A DNA stretch of 64,000 nt from the NCBI GenBank assembly GCA_964252035.1, contig OZ176200.1; one strand, given 5' to 3'. This stretch comes from Podarcis erhardii (lineage: Eukaryota). This document shows positions 10,948 through 23,528 of this stretch, one piece after another. Each line of letters opens with the position of its first letter. Position 1 is the first letter of the stretch. The notes under the pieces are model-generated. The model was not told the DNA's origin. It worked only from the letters and a program-made list of their open reading frames with translations, and ran no database searches. Position numbers and translations under genes: made by a program.

Positions 10948-13351
10948 GTTACTGAAAGCGGGATTTCAGCTAGTCACAACATCAAGAGTTTGGGCTGAGG
11001 AAAAGAATTAACTGGATTTGCATTGTTTAAAAGTTCAATTTTGCGTGCACACAAAAGTAAAGAGAGTTGTTTATGGAAGGAGTCATCTCTGTTCTCTTAC
11101 CTTCCAAAAGAGCTATCATCTATACTAAGCAGTGTCTGTAAATCACAGAGAAGGTACTTTAATGCTAGCTTCTGAGTCCGGCTTGTTTAGAAGCCATTAG
11201 CCATACTCCCTTATTCAGACCAAAGGAGAAATTATTTGGTTTGTTTCACCATTCAAGTGAAGGGAGAGGCAAAGGAGATGCATATCAACTGTATATATGT
11301 TGGCTTATTTGACCAGGATTTTATCATGCACACGCAGCCACAGATGTCATAGAGTGGATGCTACCCTGTTTTAAACTATTAGAGGGCACTCAGTCAATCA
11401 GGTACATCTCCCTTTTATGCCATTAACCTATGACTAAAAACTGCTTCTTAGATTAGAATGCCTAGGCATCCTGAATAAATCCCAAAAATAAATGGGTGGA
11501 TATATGGTGTATACCAGTTTCCCTGAACCTGGTGCCCTCTCGCAGGGTGTCGTCTTGAACTATAACTCCCATCAGTGATGCTAGAAGTTGTTGGGGGAAG
11601 GCTGATTTACAGTGTTGCATTTAGAATATTTAGGAAGCCACAGCCAATTCAAGCTGTCATACATGCATGTATGCAGTGGTGTACAGATGCATATAGAAGC
11701 TTTTAACATGATAGCGTACATGATGTGTATGTGCACATGTACATTATCTAGTGCTAAAGCAGCTCTAATAATTTGTGTAATTAAAATATTGTTCCTTAAG
11801 GAAAAACTAGTGTACGCGATTATCTTAAGCTGTTGCTCGGTTCTTTGCAGAAACATGCCAGACTGAGGATTTAAGAGTACAAATTTAGGAGTACAGGTGT
11901 CATTTCAATTTTCAAGGGTTTCACAAATTATTTGAGTTTTGTGGGGCATCTTAGTTCTGGCTAGCAGCAGAAAACTGTGAGAGCTCTTCATAATTCATAG
12001 TACAGACCTTGGACAAGTAGTTTCTTCATCCGTACTGTAGTAATTTCCTGGGATTTCCCAGTGATTTAAAGCCACAGTGTACAAACTTCCTCAGTGAAAA
12101 CATTTCTCATTATACTTCCCATAGGGATAAATCTGCTAGGTTAAGCCCACTTCAAGAAGGCGCCATGGCAGAAGAAAAGAGACACAGAGAGAATGACAAA
12201 TGCCTAGTGGCCCCTTTGCCAGCCTATTTTGTCTGCCTGTTACAAAGCCTGAAGGCCTATCAAGACTTTTTCTCTGTGTGGCAGCTGTCTATTCATTTCA
12301 TTTGTTTAGCAGCATCTTGAGGTTTTGATTGTCCTATATTTGCCCATGGTTCTTGAGCAGAAAAATTATTTTCTTATTATTTAAGTGGTAGTTGTGCTGC
12401 TTTCTTTGTGACTTTGAAGAAAAATCATTAACTTTTTCATCCTCATTTACGAACACTCAAGGTTTTTAGAGTGTGCTCCTCGTGCTAGAGTACACATTTT
12501 AGCAGCATTGGAAACTGTTGATGCATTTTCAGCTTTTGTGATTATGCATTCTGTTCTATTATCAGTACTAGGAGACTTTTAAAAGCCTCAATAAAAAATG
12601 AGTATAATTAATCAGTTTATTTCCCAATGTGATTAGTAGTACATCAGAAGAACAGCCTGTCATATAGACTTGGATCTTGTACTCAAAAAGATGTATCAGA
12701 TTTATTTTCAGATTTTTCTTTTAGTTTATTTTCCCCCAGCTCCCTCCCTTTCTTCCTTGGTTCCTTCCTTTCCTCCCTGTCAATTTGTCTGCCATATCCA
12801 GCATGTTCGTATCCGTTGTTAAATGCCCCATCTGTAAAATAGCTCTTTCCAGAAATGTCAGTTAATGTCTCCTTGCATATTAACATTCACTGTGGAAAAG
12901 ATAAAATATTATCTTAACCAGTATAGTGTTTGCCCTCTCACTCCCCTGGTCTACCCACTATAGATAGATCTGAAATGAATACGGAATCCTTCTTCAATCC
13001 TTAGATCTTTGCTTTTCCTGGGGGATGAAAATATTCTAGTGCTGCTTGTTCTGTGTTACCGATCTTCCTAGCCTAATTAAAGACCATCTGGAGGATGCAT
13101 GCTTGTAAGGGTAAAGGCAGTGACAGCAACCTCCTGATCATTACACCTCTCCAGGTTCCCAACTGTTAAATGAACAGTTGTAACATGCAGGCAAAACGGA
13201 CAATAGGTGGATAGAACTTGCTGCAGAATGTGAACAGTGTGTGGACAGTAGAGAAGAAATGGTATTTGTTGGTATTCGTAGAATAGAGCTTCTTCCTCAA
13301 ACATTTGGGATTGCAGGCTCCCATACACTCATCTTCTCCAGTTTACTAGTG

Positions 13352-13353
<2 letters not shown>

Positions 13354-13390
<37 letters not shown>
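13354..13390. repeat. (AC)n microsatellite
   Basis: Seen directly. Confidence 0.95.
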
Positions 13391-13391
<1 letters not shown>

Positions 13392-15779
13392 GTTCATCAG
13401 GGATCCTACCTCTCCAAATTTGGGGGGAGGGAGCTGCTGATTTATACCAAATAGTCATTGCTTTTTTTATATAGGGGGGAAAGGTGTTGGTACTCACCAT
13501 GAAGTTGTTACAGTAAGTGCTGCACTTTTAACTGGGGTGGAGTGGGGTAGGGTGGGGGTGCCGGTACTATGTGCCATTGAGTATCCCTAGAAAAAAGTTA
13601 TGCAAATTGTTAACAGCCATGTAACAAGTGGCAACCGGCCACAAAATGTTACAGTGTGCTGTGGTTTTACTCAGAGTTCCAACCAATCCATATTCCATTG
13701 CTCCTTCCACTGGTCTGGTTTTCCTCAGTTAGTATCAGTCAGTTAATATTCTATCGCCACTGAGAGTGCTCTGCACTCAGTGGCTTGTTTGGTCACAAGG
13801 GTTCTCCATTTGGGGATGTTTTTAGGGGGTGAAGTAGATAGTTTTACACTACATTAAAGCCCTTGATTTCTCCATATGGGTGTCTCCCAGTTCCATTCCT
13901 AAAGGCAGTTGGGTTTTGGTTCCCCCCCCCCCCCCCGGCATCTGCAAACATCACGGTTACCTCAAGTCTGCATGGGTGGTGCTGTTTTGCCTACACCTTC
14001 ACAACCATAGGCAGATAAATTAGAGATGCAGGGAACAAAGATGATCTTTTCAACCAGTGCTTATTCCTTGCTTAACATATGTTTGCAAATAAAGAGTCAA
14101 TCTCTTAAATCTGCAAATAATGATTAAAAAGTTCATTGGAAGAATTTTCAACTGTAATTAAGGTAAACCCAGATTTACATCTGTGCCAGCCCAGATTTCA
14201 GGGTAATGACTGCATTTGTATAGTCACATTTTTATCTATAAAATAAGGCTGAGTATTTGTCATGATGTCTTTATACAGTGGTTCTCTTGATGCTTACTAC
14301 CTTGTGCTATATTCATTCCTTAATTATCTGTGCTACACCAGGTTCATGTCTTTATATACCTTATGATAAACAGTGATAAAGTGCTTGAGCACCAGAACTA
14401 AGAATGGTATGTTCAAAAGCTATATTTGCTTTTTTTTTTTAATGACTAAGAATTTGGGGATAATTAAAACTGCAGCACAATCATCACCTCTAGTTTGTCC
14501 TTGATTGTGTTTATGAAATTTAGCTGTGATGCCATGCACAGAAAAGCCACTCACCCTGATTGTGGGATAATCCTAGGGTTGTTCCAAAGCCATGGCTAGA
14601 TGACGTGGGTGTTTCAGAACAAAATATATTAGGATTGTAAGGATTGTGTAGCAAATGCATAAGATCTGTATGCATTCTTCCTAATAGACGGAATCTATTT
14701 AGTTAGATGGGGTAGAATAGGGATATGGATATGGATGGAAAGAGTCTTCCTTGTGCAGTAGAGACAAAATATTTCACAAGATTCCACTCAGTTGGCACCT
14801 GTTTGAGGAAATAGCAGTTTACACATGTGTTTCTGGGAATGTAATTTGTTTTACAGAAGCTGTATTATTGAGAATGAAATCCAAGAAGGAATAACATATC
14901 CTTCTGCCAAATTGAATTTATATAACTGGCACTCAGAAGCTCTTTTTGTATGCTTCGGCATTAAGCAGGATTGAAAAGAGAAAACATAGATAGATTTAAG
15001 ATTCTACCATATTCCCTCGTGAGATTTTGAAAAAGTATCTGCTATTGAGAGTTACAATTAATTTCTAGTTCCACACATCTTGCTGCATTAAATGTGACAT
15101 TTTAAAAATAACAAAGGTGTCCCCAATCATGTTCAGCTGCTTCAAATCTTTCCTGAAGTTTGTATCATTTAATCTTGTAACAATAGCAAGACTTTTGATT
15201 TTTCTATCTGTAGTCACATCTGCAGGGCCGTTATGGAATACAGAACTAAGGACTAGAGGAGGGGTAGCCAACATGATGCTATCCCAACTGAGTTGGGCAC
15301 CTGTTCCTATCAGCCCCAGCCAAGGATGATGGGAGTTTTAGTCTATCAACATCTGCAGGGCACTATGATAGGCATCCCTAGGCTAGAATTACTGGTCAAT
15401 TCCACCTAAAGCAGATTGCTAATAAAATGTTGGGTTGCTGTGTCTGGGTTGTAGTGTTTAATCCTCCAAGTGAAACTGACATGATTGAATGCTGCTCCAC
15501 TAAAAGGCATCATAATACATCGAAAGCTGTGCAGGAGAAAGCTAGACTAGCTCCTTTAGGTCTTGCTTTCTACATGGAGGGTTTTGTTTTGTCTTTTGTA
15601 TGGAGAAAAATTCCATTAAATCGTGAGATTTATCAACTCACTGGGAAAACAGACCTTAGATACATGCACACATTTATATATCTTTTAGAAATCCTGCACT
15701 TATCTTTTAAAAAGCATGTGTTGTGGTCTCCAACCATGTATCCAGCTGTGTAGCAATAGTTGTTTTTTAAAAAATGCTT

Positions 15780-15910
15780 CCAGTACAGGTGTCACCAGCA
15801 TGATGCTCTCCAGATGTTGTGGACATCAGCCCCTGCCAGCATTGGCATTGGTAAGGAATTCTGGGAGTTGTAGTCCAATAACATCTGGAGAGTGCCATGT
15901 TGGCTACCCC
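15780..15910. mobile_element. Old ~130-bp palindromic hAT-like MITE; related degenerate copies at ~10155-10260, 11520-11605, 15285-15380, 37920-38040, 57950-58070 and 62620-62760
   Basis: Shared self-complementary core actacaactcccatca...tgatgggagttgtagtcc and cag...ctg termini. Confidence 0.6.
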
Positions 15911-16956
15911 TGTTCTCGTTTTCCATTGAATTCTATGAGAAGTCAGAGCATAGCGCTATAGAACAAGACTGCCTGGTGTGGTGACAATCAAGCAGTGAGG
16001 TAATGCTTGGGCTCCCCCCACGCACAGAGTATAGCCGGATTGCACTTTGTTCCTGTGGCTTTTAGCAGATCATTGATTAACAAGATTACTATTCTGTGGA
16101 GGTGACCTGCATAATTTTTAAATAATGCACATTTTTGCTAATTGTAGGTTGCCAAGTTGATGGCTCAGGCAGCTTTACCTCCTCCTCCTTACTATCTCCA
16201 TTTAAAACAGAACACGTGTGTTCTTTCTTTTCTTCCTATGTTTCTGCAGCTGATTACCATAAAGAAAGCTTGTGCAAATTTGCCCCTTTCCCATTGAAAA
16301 TTGTACACACATGATTATATTTTCCAGTTTAATGTTGCTTTAAGAGGGAGAAACGCATCAGGCTTTGTCATCCCATTCTCTGATGTGAAAGGTCTTGCAT
16401 ATGGAGGAGGGTTGTAGGTGGAAAATAATTGGCATAAAGTAATAACAGTTGTGTATTCGATGATCAACAGAAGTGCCTTCTGTAAATAGCAAGTTTATCG
16501 TAGCTGTCAAGAAGAAAGCAGCTGCTGGTTCTGCCCGAGGAATAAGAACCACTCTTTTGCGGCTCTGTGGTAGAGTTTAGTGTTGGGAGCCTAGCTTTTC
16601 TCTAAAAAGCCTTGGCAAATGAAGTTCCCTCTGGCTGTGCAGCACTGCACCCCTGGAGTGTCATTTGCACCTGGTCAGGAAGATGTAGAGGTCACATAAA
16701 CATCTCTATTGGGGGCATGGCTGTGGGGTTTGTGCCATGCCCCCTTTGGGCTCATTGAGCATTTTGGAGGCCCGATGTTCTGAGTTGTGGGGCCCTTAGC
16801 CTTGATACCTCATGTGCCTAGAGTTGTAAGGCCCTGGCATGAGACAGGGTCAGGAAGGCATCCCTGTTCACTGGAAGCTAAGGCCTAGGCAATGGAGCTA
16901 TGCCTGGTCGCTACCCTTGCTGAGGACAGGACTTGGTGCATCCAAGGCAGTCATAA

Positions 16957-17292
16957 CAATAATAATTTATTATTTATACCCCACCCATCTGGCTGGGTTT
17001 CCCCAGCCACTCTGGGCGGCTCCCAATCAAACGTTAGAAACACAATACAGCATTAAATATTAAAAACTTCCCTAAACAGGGCTGCCTTCAGGTGTCTTTT
17101 AAAAGTAGGAGAATTGCTTATTTCTTTGACATCTGATGGGAGGGTGTTCCACAGGGCAGGCGCCACTACCGAGAAGGCCCTATAACTTCGCAGTGAGGGA
17201 ACCGCCAGAAGGCCCGCAGCGCTGGATCTCAAGTCTCCAGGCTGAACAATGGGGGTGGAGATGCTTCTTTAGGTATACAGGACCGAGGCTGT
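16957..17292 (-). mobile_element. L2 LINE 3' fragment
   Basis: Reverse-oriented (aat)n tail followed by tttataccccacccatctggctgggtttccccagccactctgggcggct...; matches the lacertid L2 3' end as recalled. Confidence 0.8.
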
Positions 17293-17953
17293 CAATAGAA
17301 ATTAGCTGATTTCACTGTTTCATTTGCAGTGCAGAAGTTAAGTTAATAAATATGTGGCCTTAGTTTGACCCATTTTATGTATCTTGTCTCTCTATTCCAG
17401 TTGCAAACAAGTACTAGCCCTGCCTATCCTAATCTGTGTCAAAAAATCTAACAAGTCCATTCTGTTACTAAGCAACCTTTCCTTAAAACGTTTCTTCTGC
17501 TCCCACCATCCCTTCCTCCTGCCTTTAAACACTGAAAAAGAACTAAATCTCAGATAATTCACTTGGTGTGTGAGCTAATCCTTGAAATTAAAAAAGTATT
17601 GTAAATTCTAAATGGATTGAGAAATTAAAATTTATAATACTGTACAAAAGAAAATATGACATGATTTACTATTATATTCACAGTAACCACATCGTGCTCT
17701 AAAACAATTTGGATTAGAATATGAACATTCCTATAGAGCAGGGGTGGGCAGTCTTTTCTGGCTAGATATTTATCTCTCTCTCACATCCCCCACCATGAAC
17801 TGAAGCTGATAGCTGCTATCATAGTGATGTTGAGAGATTCTTCCTTTTGAAGACACACACACTCCATCGTTGATTGGACTTCAAAGCATACTGTGGGGCT
17901 TTCAAATAGCCCTTTTGTAAACATCCACCAATGGGGATGTTTACAAAGGGCTT

Positions 17954-17989
<36 letters not shown>

Positions 17990-19758
17990 CCTTGAGTTTT
18001 TCCTTCAAGTCTCTGCAGAGTTTTGAAGGAGAAATGTGGGAGGGATGTGTTGAAAGTATCAAGCAAGGCATGCTCCTACTGCCTGTTGGTTGATCCCAAA
18101 TGCCCGCCTCCATGTTTTTCCTTCAAAGCACAGAGATTTAAAGGAGTAGTGTGAGTGGGGTGTGTGCGTGTTGAAGGTGTTCTCATAGTACCCATCACCT
18201 GGGAATGCATCTTGCTTGATCAAAGGAACAACCAAGAGCTTTAATCTCACCTTAGCATCTGTCTGAGCAGCCCCATACTGATCTTGATTCAAGCTCTGTT
18301 TCAAAGACCACAGTCATTTAAATAATGTGTGAGAGTTTGTAGATGCTAGAATTGTTGTTGTCGTCATCATCAGCACCATTATTAAAATTTCCTACCCGCC
18401 CTTCACCATAAGGTCTAAACATGGGTCACATCAAGAACACAATACCATTTTTAAAACTAACAACCATACAAAACAAGTTAATTAGGCATATTTCTCTTTA
18501 AGGAAGAATTAGCATTAAAAAAAACAACAAACTCCAACCTGATTGAGTTTAATGAAGTCAGAAAAATTAAGCCAAGCTGTTTAATTCTTTTTTTCTGGCT
18601 TGGGTTTTCATGAAGACAGGGTTTGGAATTTACAGATAAGCCCAGGAACTGGCTGTGTGTACTATAGTAGGAAGTGAGCAAGGGAAAGAGATCTGAGCTC
18701 CAAGGAAAGCTAAGTGGAAGCATGTTCAAGGAAGGGGTGCTGAAGACTGCTGAAATCTTGGAGTTGTAGTCCAAAAAAGAGGACATTTTTCTAAAGGAAA
18801 GACCAAATAATCATCTCCTCCTTTACTGGATGTGTGATCTTCAACAGCAATAGAGAGGGATTTTTGAGTGGTGGACCGTCAACTACAAAATACCCCCTCC
18901 CCCCGCAAAGAGGCTTGCCTGGCAGGGCACCAGTGTTGCCATGCGGGAGGGACCATTTTGGAAGCAAATTGTTTCTTTCTGGATGGGGCACTTTCTGGAT
19001 TTTATTTATTGTCCTATTGCCCTGTTAAGATCATTGATCATACACCATCATGAAAACCCCAAAAGAATGAAGTGTGTATTGAAATTTTGAAATGATTTTT
19101 AATTAAATAAAACTTCTTACAATATATTTACTCTTCATTAGAAGATGTAATAGCTAGTGTGTTTTGTGTTCTTAAACTGATAATTCAAATATATGTGAAG
19201 ATGCTTGGATTTTACAGGGCTCAAGGCAGGAAGATTCTTCCTAGTCTCCTGTAACCTTTGAATGAGCATCTGCGTGTGGCTTTTAACCAACAAACAGGGA
19301 ATAGTGTGTTGGTGTTGCATGTGATGGAACTGAGGGATGCAAAACACAAGCTTGTGCTTTCTGACCCTACTGGAGACAAAGGGTACATTTACTTCTCAAC
19401 TAGAAACCAGACTTTGAGGTTGCTGATTTACACAGTTGAAAAGTCTCATTCATGCAATATGTTTCAAGGGTTATTCTATACTGAGCACTTCGCAATCCAT
19501 CTTTGAATGAGTTATAGAGAAGAGGAAATCAGGTCAAGGGGTTTTTTTATGAAATAAATTTCTTCCAAACAAAGCACCTAGTTTTCCACATTGCTTCAGG
19601 TCCTTGTATATGGGGGGAAACCAAGAGACTTTGTGGCTCACTCTAGAGAAGAATTTTTAAATGCCACCATGTATGTAAAGAGCAGCATGACTCCACCATT
19701 AAGCTTTTGTGGACTGGGGAATATGAGGGGGATTCTTTTTTCTTCAAAGCACTTGCAT

Positions 19759-20271
19759 GTTGTTGTTTAGTCGCTTAGTCGTGTCCGACTCTTCGTGACC
19801 CCATGGACCAGAGCACGCCAGGCACTCCTGTCTTCCACTGCCTCACACAGTTTGGTCAAACTCATGTTGGTAGCTTCGAGAACACTGTCCAACCATCTCG
19901 TCCTCTGTCGTCCCCTTCTCCTTGTGCCCTCCATCTTTCCCAACATCAGAGTCTTTTCCAGGGAGTCTTCTCATGAGGTGGCCAAAGTATTGGAGCCTCA
20001 GCTTCAGGATCTGTCCTTCCAATGAGCACTCAGGGCTGATTTCCTTCAGAATGGAGAGGTTTGATCTTCTTGTAGTCCATGGGACTCTCAAGAGTCTCCT
20101 CCAGCACCATAATTCAAAAGCATCAATTCTTCGGCAATCAGCCTTCTTTATGGTCCAGCTCTCACTTCCATACATCACTACTGGGAAAACCATAGCTTTA
20201 ACTATACGGACCTTTGTTGGCAAGCTGATGTCTCTGCTTTTTAAGATGCTGTCTAGGTTTGTCATTGCTTT
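19759..20271 (-). mobile_element. RTE-BovB LINE, 5'-truncated, ~0.5 kb
   Basis: Minus strand encodes LDSILKSRDISLPTKVRIVKAMVFPVVMYGSESWTIKKADCRRIDAFELWCWRRLLRVPW...LQYFGHLMRR; has a (caa)n tail. Confidence 0.95.
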
Positions 20272-20618
20272 GACGGAGTTAATTTGGAGAGGATCAGTAA
20301 TTATTTTGTGTGACTCAGATGTGTGGGGCCCAAAACTTAGCATAACCAGTCTCCTTGGTGAAATAAGAGCTTGGTGAAATAAGAACTTTTAACTAGTTCC
20401 AATGGTGGGAGTACCGATGGGGTACTGCAGCATTTTTTGCTGATCTGACCACTGCTACAGCCCCTTTGCCCCTTGAAATTCTGCTCCATAGGATCAGGGG
20501 AGTCTTGGAGCAGCAGGAGATATTGTATTGTATTGTATAGTGGCGGTGGGTAATTAGATAGATAGGCCTCTGCATTATGTGAAGACTCAGTTTTGGTTGG
20601 CTTATGTTTCCTTACTAG

Positions 20619-20768
20619 GATAAGAAAGCTTATTTGGATGTCATTCATACCTATACAGAAGTTCATGGAACTGTCCACGGGACAAGTACTGTCTACATGC
20701 CCAGCTATGTAAAAAACCATGGCATCCTCAGTGGCCGGGATTTGCAGTTCCTGCTGAGAGGGACAAAG
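20619..20768 (+). CDS. MGAT5: MGAT5 coding exon (exon 11 equivalent): DKKAYLDVIHTYTEVHGTVHGTSTVYMPSYVKNHGILSGRDLQFLLRGTK
   Basis: ttactAG acceptor and GTaagt donor; 150 nt, phase 0/0. Confidence 0.97.
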
Positions 20769-22774
20769 GTAAGTTGGCTGGTATGCAAAGAAGAAGAAGA
20801 CGCAAAACCCCAAAAGATTAAAATACATGTGCATTCAAATGCATTTACTCCCCCCTCCCCAATGAAGCTCTTGGCACATTATGCTCATTGTACCATAACA
20901 GCTCTAAACATTTGCCAATGTCCAGTGTTCCAAAGATTCCACTGGTTTCAATTTCTTATTGGGATGGTGCTTCATATGTGTGTTAAGTTTGTTTAGAAAA
21001 ATGAAAAGCTTTCACTGTTAAATATCCGCCCCTCCATGCATGAGAACCAAGTTTGATGATTTCAGAAACACTCCTCCCACACAAACTCACTTCAGAATTT
21101 GGCTCAGCAAACTTGAGGCAAAGTCCCTCACACACAAATAGCTGTTTATTCTATTATGTTGTGTTTCTGTTATGCTGCTTTTTATTTACCTATCAGCCTG
21201 AAAAGGTTCCCAGGTCAGTTCACAAAGAACAAATAAACGTGAATACAAAATAATGCAAATGCAGACAGTACAAATGACAAAAATTCAACAAAAATCTTAA
21301 TATTTCAAAAGTATTAAACACCAAATACATGCGTGTTCCTGCCAAAAAAGCAAAGAACATTCCCCACAAAAATACTGAAAATATTATTTCAAAAAAGCCA
21401 AAAGGATTTGCTTGCATGGAATCTTTTTGAAAGAAGATTTTCATTTAAAGTGAAGCAAAACATCACTCAGTAAAATAATTTCCTTTCTTATTGAAATGGT
21501 GGTATGTGCTGCTTATAATTTTGATCCAATTGGTGAAGTTTGTAGTGTCGTTACTTCCAAGTTATACTTCACAGATGGTAGCAGCTATTTAATATGAGTG
21601 GAGGACAGTTGGTGCTGTATTTATTATTAAGTGGTAACAGAAGCCCCTGTGCTGTCAAGACATGTGAGCTGCACACTCTCCCCTAAGGAACTTTTGTTAA
21701 ATAAGTTGACAGCATATAGAACAGAAAAGATGTTCCAACAGCGTCGAGGTAAAAAGTGAAGAATGCTTATCTACCCATCCAGTATCATTTTCTGTAACTA
21801 ATTAAAACTCAGCCACTGCTGAATTGTTGGTGACATTTTAAAGTCCTTTAATTAATATTTCGGCCATGTTTCTGCTGCTGCTAATTAAAAGATATAATTT
21901 AATTGCTTATCAGACTTGTCTACCTTTTTTGTTTGCTACATGGGAATGCAGAAATAGATCAGGTTGTTCTCTGTAAATGTTGAGCCCATTAAATCTGCTT
22001 TTTAAAAAAAGAGTGGGAACTCATAATGCAGTTTGATACATCAGTAGGTTTTGTTAGGAGGTTTTCTTTCCCTGTTTTTCACTGTCAGCCTCTCCACAAA
22101 AGGCACTCTGTAATAAGGGTTATAACATTTTGCAGCCAGATGGCACTTTGCCCTATTTTTCTTTTGAAGAGGTATATTCATAATCTATACTAAAAATTTG
22201 TTGCTTTAATATCCAGTATTGTTCATCTCAAAAGAGCCTGAATCCTGCCCACTTAAGACTTACAAGTTAATAATTCTCAGCAGCAGCCTTTGCCAGGAGC
22301 TTTTGGGGATTAAAACTTGCCCCTCTCCAATGGCAAGGATCATTGCAGGATGTCCAAATCAAGATTTGTGCATGGAAGCTCATGTTCCAGCAGTGGTGCC
22401 TTCAAATGATTACCTTTTTTCCCTGTCATATGGGGTTCCAGAGTCATCTGGAGACTTTAAGATGTGACAATTTGCTGAAAGTGTGATGGCTGGAAAGACC
22501 CATTAATGTCGCCATGCTTGGTGAGGACTTCCTTTTTTCAAAAGATAGGGGGAAGGAGTAAGATAGATTCGCCTTAACCAGTAGGAAAGAGGAAGTCAGG
22601 ACATTTAAGTAGCAGAAACTTTTGGAGAAAGTGGCCAAATAATTCTCAAATTCATCAAAAGTGAATGAGTTGAATTTCAGGGGGGGAAACCCTGATTTTA
22701 ATAAGCTCAGAGAAATACTAGATAGGGAAATTCCTCAGGTGGCCGAGAGGTCCTGAAGAAGGGAGGCACAGCTA

Positions 22775-22783
22775 AGAGAGAGA

Positions 22784-22842
<59 letters not shown>

Positions 22843-22850
22843 AGAGAGAG
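22775..22850. repeat. (GA)n microsatellite
   Basis: Seen directly. Confidence 0.95.
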
Positions 22851-23278
22851 GTATACAAAAGGCAATGTGAAAGTATAGTGAGGAGCTAAAAATAAAAAAG
22901 GTCATTTATAAAGGGAGGACAGGTAACCAAGGACAAGTTTAGATAAGGAATGCAGACTTGTAGGGACAGTGTCAGGAAAGCTAAAACTCAGAAGCTGGCT
23001 AGAGATGCGGAGAGCAACAGAAAAGGTTTTTCAGGTGCGTACAATGGACTTCTCAGAAAGAATGGTGAAATGCTAAAGGGTGACACAGAGAAGGCAGCAC
23101 TGCATAACTTTGGTCTTGCCTTCATCTCTCAAAAAAGGAAGTGTGCAACCTTGCATAATTAGCATAATTAATGAAGGTCAGGATTGCAGTTCAGATAGAT
23201 AAGGAATTAGTCAATAGAAACAAAGATGCCGAGTTCAAGTATTGAGGGCCAGACAAATTGCACCCTAAAGTACTAAAG

Positions 23279-23528
23279 CAGGGGTCAGCAAACTTTTCAG
23301 CAGGGGGCCGGTTCACTGTCCCTCAGACCTTGTGCGGGGCCAGACTATATTTTGAAAAAATAATAATGAACGAATTCCTATGCCCCACAAATAACCCAGA
23401 GATGCATTTTAAATAAAAGCACCCATCTATTCATGTAAAAACACGCTGATTCCCAGACCATCTGTGGGCTGGAATTAGAAGGCCATTGGGCCGGATCTGG
23501 TCCCCGGGCCTTAGTTTGCCTACCCATG
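23279..23528. mobile_element. Non-autonomous hAT (Charlie/OC1-like) element
   Basis: TIRs caggggtcagcaaact / agtttgcctacccatg; perfect 8-bp TSD tactaaag at 23271-23278 and 23529-23536. Confidence 0.9.

Noticed and set aside
12683-12886. Protein-like charged ORF (DREERKEPRKKGRE...) and a CPIC motif on the opposite strand
   Set aside because: The charged run is the reverse complement of a pyrimidine tract, and the CPIC frame stops after 20 codons; no homolog recognised.
19843-20996. Long ORFs 19843..20343, 19922..20377, 20337..20834 and 20634..20996
   Set aside because: Explained by BovB, its antisense frame, the antisense of MGAT5 exon 11 and exon read-through.
22129-22147. CTCF-like motif gcagccagatggcact
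   Set aside because: Mismatch at a strongly conserved core C; cannot be supported without ChIP or PWM scoring.
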